Source of the DNA: a virus
Taxonomy: Duplodnaviria > Caudoviricetes
Direction: 5' to 3' (one strand)
DNA: 56,026 bases
IMG/VR virus record: IMGVR_UViG_3300024275_000009
Coordinates: 1 to 56,026 of that record
Shown in pieces: positions 52,997-56,026 of the stretch (positions within the stretch are counted from its first letter, which is position 1; each line of letters begins with the position of its first letter). Position numbers and translations under genes: made by a program. The notes beneath the pieces were generated by a model. It did no database searches. It was not told where the DNA came from and saw only the letters and a program-made list of their open reading frames with translations.

Positions 52997-53034
52997 GCGG
53001 GGTTGGTCGGTTGTTCGTCGCCAACCAACCCCGC
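52997..53034 (-). terminator. GC-rich hairpin after the acb2-like gene (weak U tract)
   Basis: GCGGGGTTGGT...ACCAACCCCGC. Confidence 0.45.
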
Positions 53035-53040
53035 GCTCGG

Positions 53041-53559
53041 TTAACCTTGAATGTAATCGACCGGCATGATCTTGAGAATCATGCAGGCACGCTCTTCGTT
53101 CAGATGCTCTTCGAGTTCGGTGATGATCTCTTCGGCGGTACTGATCTCGATGCGGTGCGTGTTGTTCTCGACCACAAACTCGCGGTGCGGATCGCCGTCC
53201 TTCAGCTGCGCCAACACCTGTGCATTCACCCAGCCCGACTCGGCGGGCACGATCCATTCAGCACGCTTCGGTGTTTGCGACCCCGGTTGCGCAATCGCAC
53301 GCACGGCCCACATGAAGCCCGTCTGCAGAAACGGCAGCGCCGTTGCCAGCGTCTGCTCGAAGACATTCAGACGTGCCGTGAAGTCCTGAGCATTGATACC
53401 GGACTTCGAAAGCGCCTGGCAATACTTCTCGCGCATGCGTACCAACGCTTCCGGCGACACCAGCAGCGCTTCTGTAGCCTTCAGTTCGTTCATCAGCGCG
53501 ATCTCGCCGGCCGACAGTTCGCGGTAGCCGGTGATCTTGCGGTGTTGATTCTCCATCAT
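53041..53559 (-). CDS. acb2: Acb2-like anti-CBASS cyclic-oligonucleotide sponge with C-terminal extension
   Basis: NQHRKITGYRELS..EI.LMN..K and LQTGFMWAVRAIAQP match the recalled terminal motifs of Acb2/T4 Vs.4-family proteins. Confidence 0.8.
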   Translation of the reverse strand: MMENQHRKITGYRELSAGEIALMNELKATEALLVSPEALVRMREKYCQALSKSGINAQDFTARLNVFEQTLATALPFLQTGFMWAVRAIAQPGSQTPKRAEWIVPAESGWVNAQVLAQLKDGDPHREFVVENNTHRIEISTAEEIITELEEHLNEERACMILKIMPVDYIQG

Positions 53560-53598
53560 TGCTCCGTTATGTGAGCGGCGATATTGCCGCCCACCTAT

Positions 53599-53961
53599 TT
53601 ACTCGTGCTGCGGTCGGTGTGTGCTGATAACCAATCCGTTGACTTCGACTGCCACGTACAGCTGCGAGCCGTGCAGGTCACGAAACACACGAACGCTAGT
53701 CATATCGGGTTGGGTGTCGTCGTACTCGCGCAACTGCAACTTGCGGAACGCCAACTTGAGCTGAGTCAGGTACGAGTTGAGCACCACCAAACGACTTACG
53801 CCGTGGACGCTCAACTCAATGCTGATGGTCACACGAAACCGATCCAACAGCTCATCAACTGCCAGCTGGCTCGGGTGAAACCCCTGCTCCGTCAGCACCT
53901 TCTTCACGTCGTTCGCTGTCCAACGTCCGGCTTTCGGCGATTGCAGCAGATACTTGTGCAT
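53599..53961 (-). CDS. hypothetical protein
   Basis: ATG 53961 with GGAG RBS; overlaps the tail of the upstream ORF. Confidence 0.5.
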   Translation of the reverse strand: MHKYLLQSPKAGRWTANDVKKVLTEQGFHPSQLAVDELLDRFRVTISIELSVHGVSRLVVLNSYLTQLKLAFRKLQLREYDDTQPDMTSVRVFRDLHGSQLYVAVEVNGLVISTHRPQHE

Positions 53962-54373
53962 GTTCAGTCTCCGTGTACAGCCGGGCTTCGTCACCCGGGA
54001 TGTCGCCCTTCTTCAGGTGAACCCAATCGACCACCGTGATCTTCTCGATCTTGGCTCCTTCCTTCGTGTTGAGGAAGTCGACCGCGTAGATCCAATCGGC
54101 TTCTTCGAGGATCGGCACCAGCAGCTCGTTCTTGATCTTGATACGCTCGTACGCCCAGTCGAAGCGCACGTCGCGGAACACGTAGACGAGGTAGCGGTCA
54201 TACATGCTGTCATCGGTGCAGTCGCTCCAGAACACGAAGGCGCGATGACCGGATGGCAGGGTCGTGGTATAAATCAGATCCACGCACTCGAAGTGATACA
54301 ACGTCTCAGTGTTCTTGAGCTCACCGATGAACGCGGGGTCGATGAATCGGCCTTCTATTTTAGGCAGCTGCAT
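53855..54373 (-). CDS. hypothetical protein (DUF6575-like, tentative)
   Basis: ATG 54373 with AAGGAG RBS; ETLYHF...LIYT...VFWSD...RYLV pattern. Confidence 0.55.
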   Translation of the reverse strand: MQLPKIEGRFIDPAFIGELKNTETLYHFECVDLIYTTTLPSGHRAFVFWSDCTDDSMYDRYLVYVFRDVRFDWAYERIKIKNELLVPILEEADWIYAVDFLNTKEGAKIEKITVVDWVHLKKGDIPGDEARLYTETEHAQVSAAIAESRTLDSERREEGADGAGVSPEPAGS

Positions 54374-54773
54374 ACGTCTCTCCTTTGTGGGGGTTCTTCT
54401 CGAGCCAGTCGACCAACATATCAACCAGTTCGAAGTAGGCCGACACATGCTTATCGGTTTGCGGCCAACGTTGTTGAACGATGCCATACTTCGCTGTCAA
54501 CTCAGCGTGTATGGTGTGGGCAATGCTCGAGGCCAGGTTGTACTCGAACTTGTTGGTGATCTTGACCGGTACTACGGCAGGCAGGATGGCGCGCAACTGG
54601 GCCCAGAGCTGCGGGTTAACGCGCGTAAGGATGCCCGGGTAGTAACGCTCCATGACCTGCGCCTTGTGAATCGCTGAATGCAGATTGCCTTCAATTACGC
54701 GTACGGCATCGGCTATCTCTGCCGTCGGCTTTACCTTGGGCCGCGGCTTGAAGTGCTTGAATGGCTTGTTCAT
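54360..54773 (-). CDS. hypothetical protein
   Basis: ATGA overlap at 54773. Confidence 0.55.
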   Translation of the reverse strand: MNKPFKHFKPRPKVKPTAEIADAVRVIEGNLHSAIHKAQVMERYYPGILTRVNPQLWAQLRAILPAVVPVKITNKFEYNLASSIAHTIHAELTAKYGIVQQRWPQTDKHVSAYFELVDMLVDWLEKNPHKGETYAAA

Positions 54774-55108
54774 TCTGTGTCCTTGATAACACGCAGGTAC
54801 CAGCGCCACGATCCTTCCAGGCGCACGGGGCGCACAACATCGTCCTCGTTCGGACCGATGACCTCATGCACCTTGGCATCCGGATAACGACTCTCGAACA
54901 TGGCGATAATATCGCGCAGGTTCTGCTTGGCGCGCTCGCGCTCCTCGCTGAACATCTCCGAGTCGGGGTTGTTCGCCAATGCCGGGCAATGCTCGAGCGT
55001 GCGAAACATATACACCTCGGCGGTGTGGCTACCGAAGGTGTTGCATTCGTAATAGCAACGTACCAGTTCGTCGAAGGTGTTGACTGCCTGGTTAATCGAC
55101 ATGTACAT
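54770..55108 (-). CDS. hypothetical protein
   Basis: AGGAG RBS. Confidence 0.55.
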   Translation of the reverse strand: MYMSINQAVNTFDELVRCYYECNTFGSHTAEVYMFRTLEHCPALANNPDSEMFSEERERAKQNLRDIIAMFESRYPDAKVHEVIGPNEDDVVRPVRLEGSWRWYLRVIKDTE

Positions 55109-55111
55109 CTG

Positions 55112-55573
55112 TTATCTCCTGGTGAGGAAAGGGGTCAGAACACGCACCAGCCTGGCACGGGCCTGCACCTGCATGTTCAACTGCAGCTCGCGTTGGACCG
55201 GGGTCACGACGAGAATCTTGTTAGCTTCGCCCAGCTCGCGCTCGAAAGCCACGATGGCATCACCGATGTCCTTCGGCAGCTGCGCTAAGGCACCTCCGTG
55301 CTCACACGGCATGTAGTACTGTTGGAACACCCAACCGTCTTTCTTCTGACCGCGGGCACCGACCTCGTCATAGACAACGATCCAATTCCACGCGCCGGTC
55401 TGTGACAGATCCTTGATGACGTCCTGAATCTTGGCCACTGGCTCCTTGGGGTTTGATCGGCGCGCCCACGTGCGACCGATCTGCGCCACCATGTCCTTAT
55501 ATGACAAGGTGGGTTGGTCGTTTTTCTGTGCCGAGGGTTTGGGCAAGGGTGCGGCGAAATTCGAATTGCGCAT
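55112..55573 (-). CDS. hypothetical protein
   Basis: AAGGAG RBS. Confidence 0.55.
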   Translation of the reverse strand: MRNSNFAAPLPKPSAQKNDQPTLSYKDMVAQIGRTWARRSNPKEPVAKIQDVIKDLSQTGAWNWIVVYDEVGARGQKKDGWVFQQYYMPCEHGGALAQLPKDIGDAIVAFERELGEANKILVVTPVQRELQLNMQVQARARLVRVLTPFLTRR

Positions 55574-55883
55574 AGTCCAGCTCCTTTAGTATGCGACGGC
55601 TTTCGGCTTCACGGTCAATCGTCTTCGACTTGGACCGTTGCAGCTTATCGGAATCGCGTGTCGCTTTAATAATGGCATTCTGCAGCCTGGTAATCGCCTG
55701 GTTCACGTCCTTCGGTAGCCGGGGCATCGTCGGCGTGAAGAAGTGCGTGTTCGAGTACGAATAAAAACCACGACGTGTCTTACCGACCGGACACGCCTTG
55801 GTGTTTGCGTTGTGGTGGCCTGCCAACTTACCGCATAGCATGCACTTCGTGTTCAGCGGGTAACTATACGACTGCTCACTCAT
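55497..55883 (-). CDS. hypothetical protein with CxxC...H...C motif
   Basis: CMLCGKLAGHH...CP. Confidence 0.5.
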   Translation of the reverse strand: MSEQSYSYPLNTKCMLCGKLAGHHNANTKACPVGKTRRGFYSYSNTHFFTPTMPRLPKDVNQAITRLQNAIIKATRDSDKLQRSKSKTIDREAESRRILKELDYAQFEFRRTLAQTLGTEKRPTHLVI

Positions 55884-56026
55884 GGCAATGCCCCAATCAT
55901 GTACAGCGTTTCACCTTCAGCGCCGACGTTGGTGACCTGCAATGAAACCTTCGACTGCAGGTCATCCAGATCACGTTCGGCGTTATGTGGCAACGACACA
56001 TACAGCGCGCTAGCGCCCATCTCAAG
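55880..56026 (-). CDS. partial hypothetical protein (3' end)
   Basis: Frame is open from the window edge to TGA overlapping ATG 55883. Confidence 0.45.
   Translation of the reverse strand, partial: LEMGASALYVSLPHNAERDLDDLQSKVSLQVTNVGAEGETLYMIGALP

Noticed and set aside
1-56026. tRNA/rRNA genes, introns, inteins, alternative genetic code
   Set aside because: No cloverleaf or rRNA-like tract was recognised. Genes are intact and densely packed under the standard code, with all three stop codons used.

Overview
The window is a GC-rich segment of a large lytic myovirus (jumbo-phage-like) genome, coded almost entirely on the - strand. Affinity to RSL1/Lu11/BcepSauron-type phages is my inference and was not verified. 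Positions ~0.85-37.7 kb are a virion morphogenesis region: tail tube, tail sheath, putative tail terminator, major capsid, decoration protein, acidic scaffold, prohead protease, a 1587-aa SNF2-like ATPase, HNH nuclease, PKD protein, holin-like protein, neck proteins, a beta-helix spike, dCMP deaminase and topoisomerase IB. Positions ~37.7-56 kb hold short accessory/early genes, including a MazG-like NTP pyrophosphatase, a PC4-like protein, a DksA/TraR zinc finger and an Acb2-like anti-CBASS sponge. The main observation is that 16 mostly unrelated proteins in the structural region start with the same ~10-aa tag, consensus K-L-x-A-A-x-R-L-x-A; three more carry it internally or at the C-terminus. 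The tag usually ends in an L-x-A that matches [VIL]-x-A sites abundant in the scaffold and capsid N-terminus. This suggests a capsid-loading and protease-maturation system for injected cargo. Tagged cargo includes an ADP-ribosyltransferase-like protein, a Nudix hydrolase and two SprT metalloproteases. Two candidate phage promoter motifs and an RBS-sequestering hairpin are also visible. I saw no tRNA, rRNA, CRISPR array, portal or terminase. All product calls come from motif recognition by eye, not database searches.
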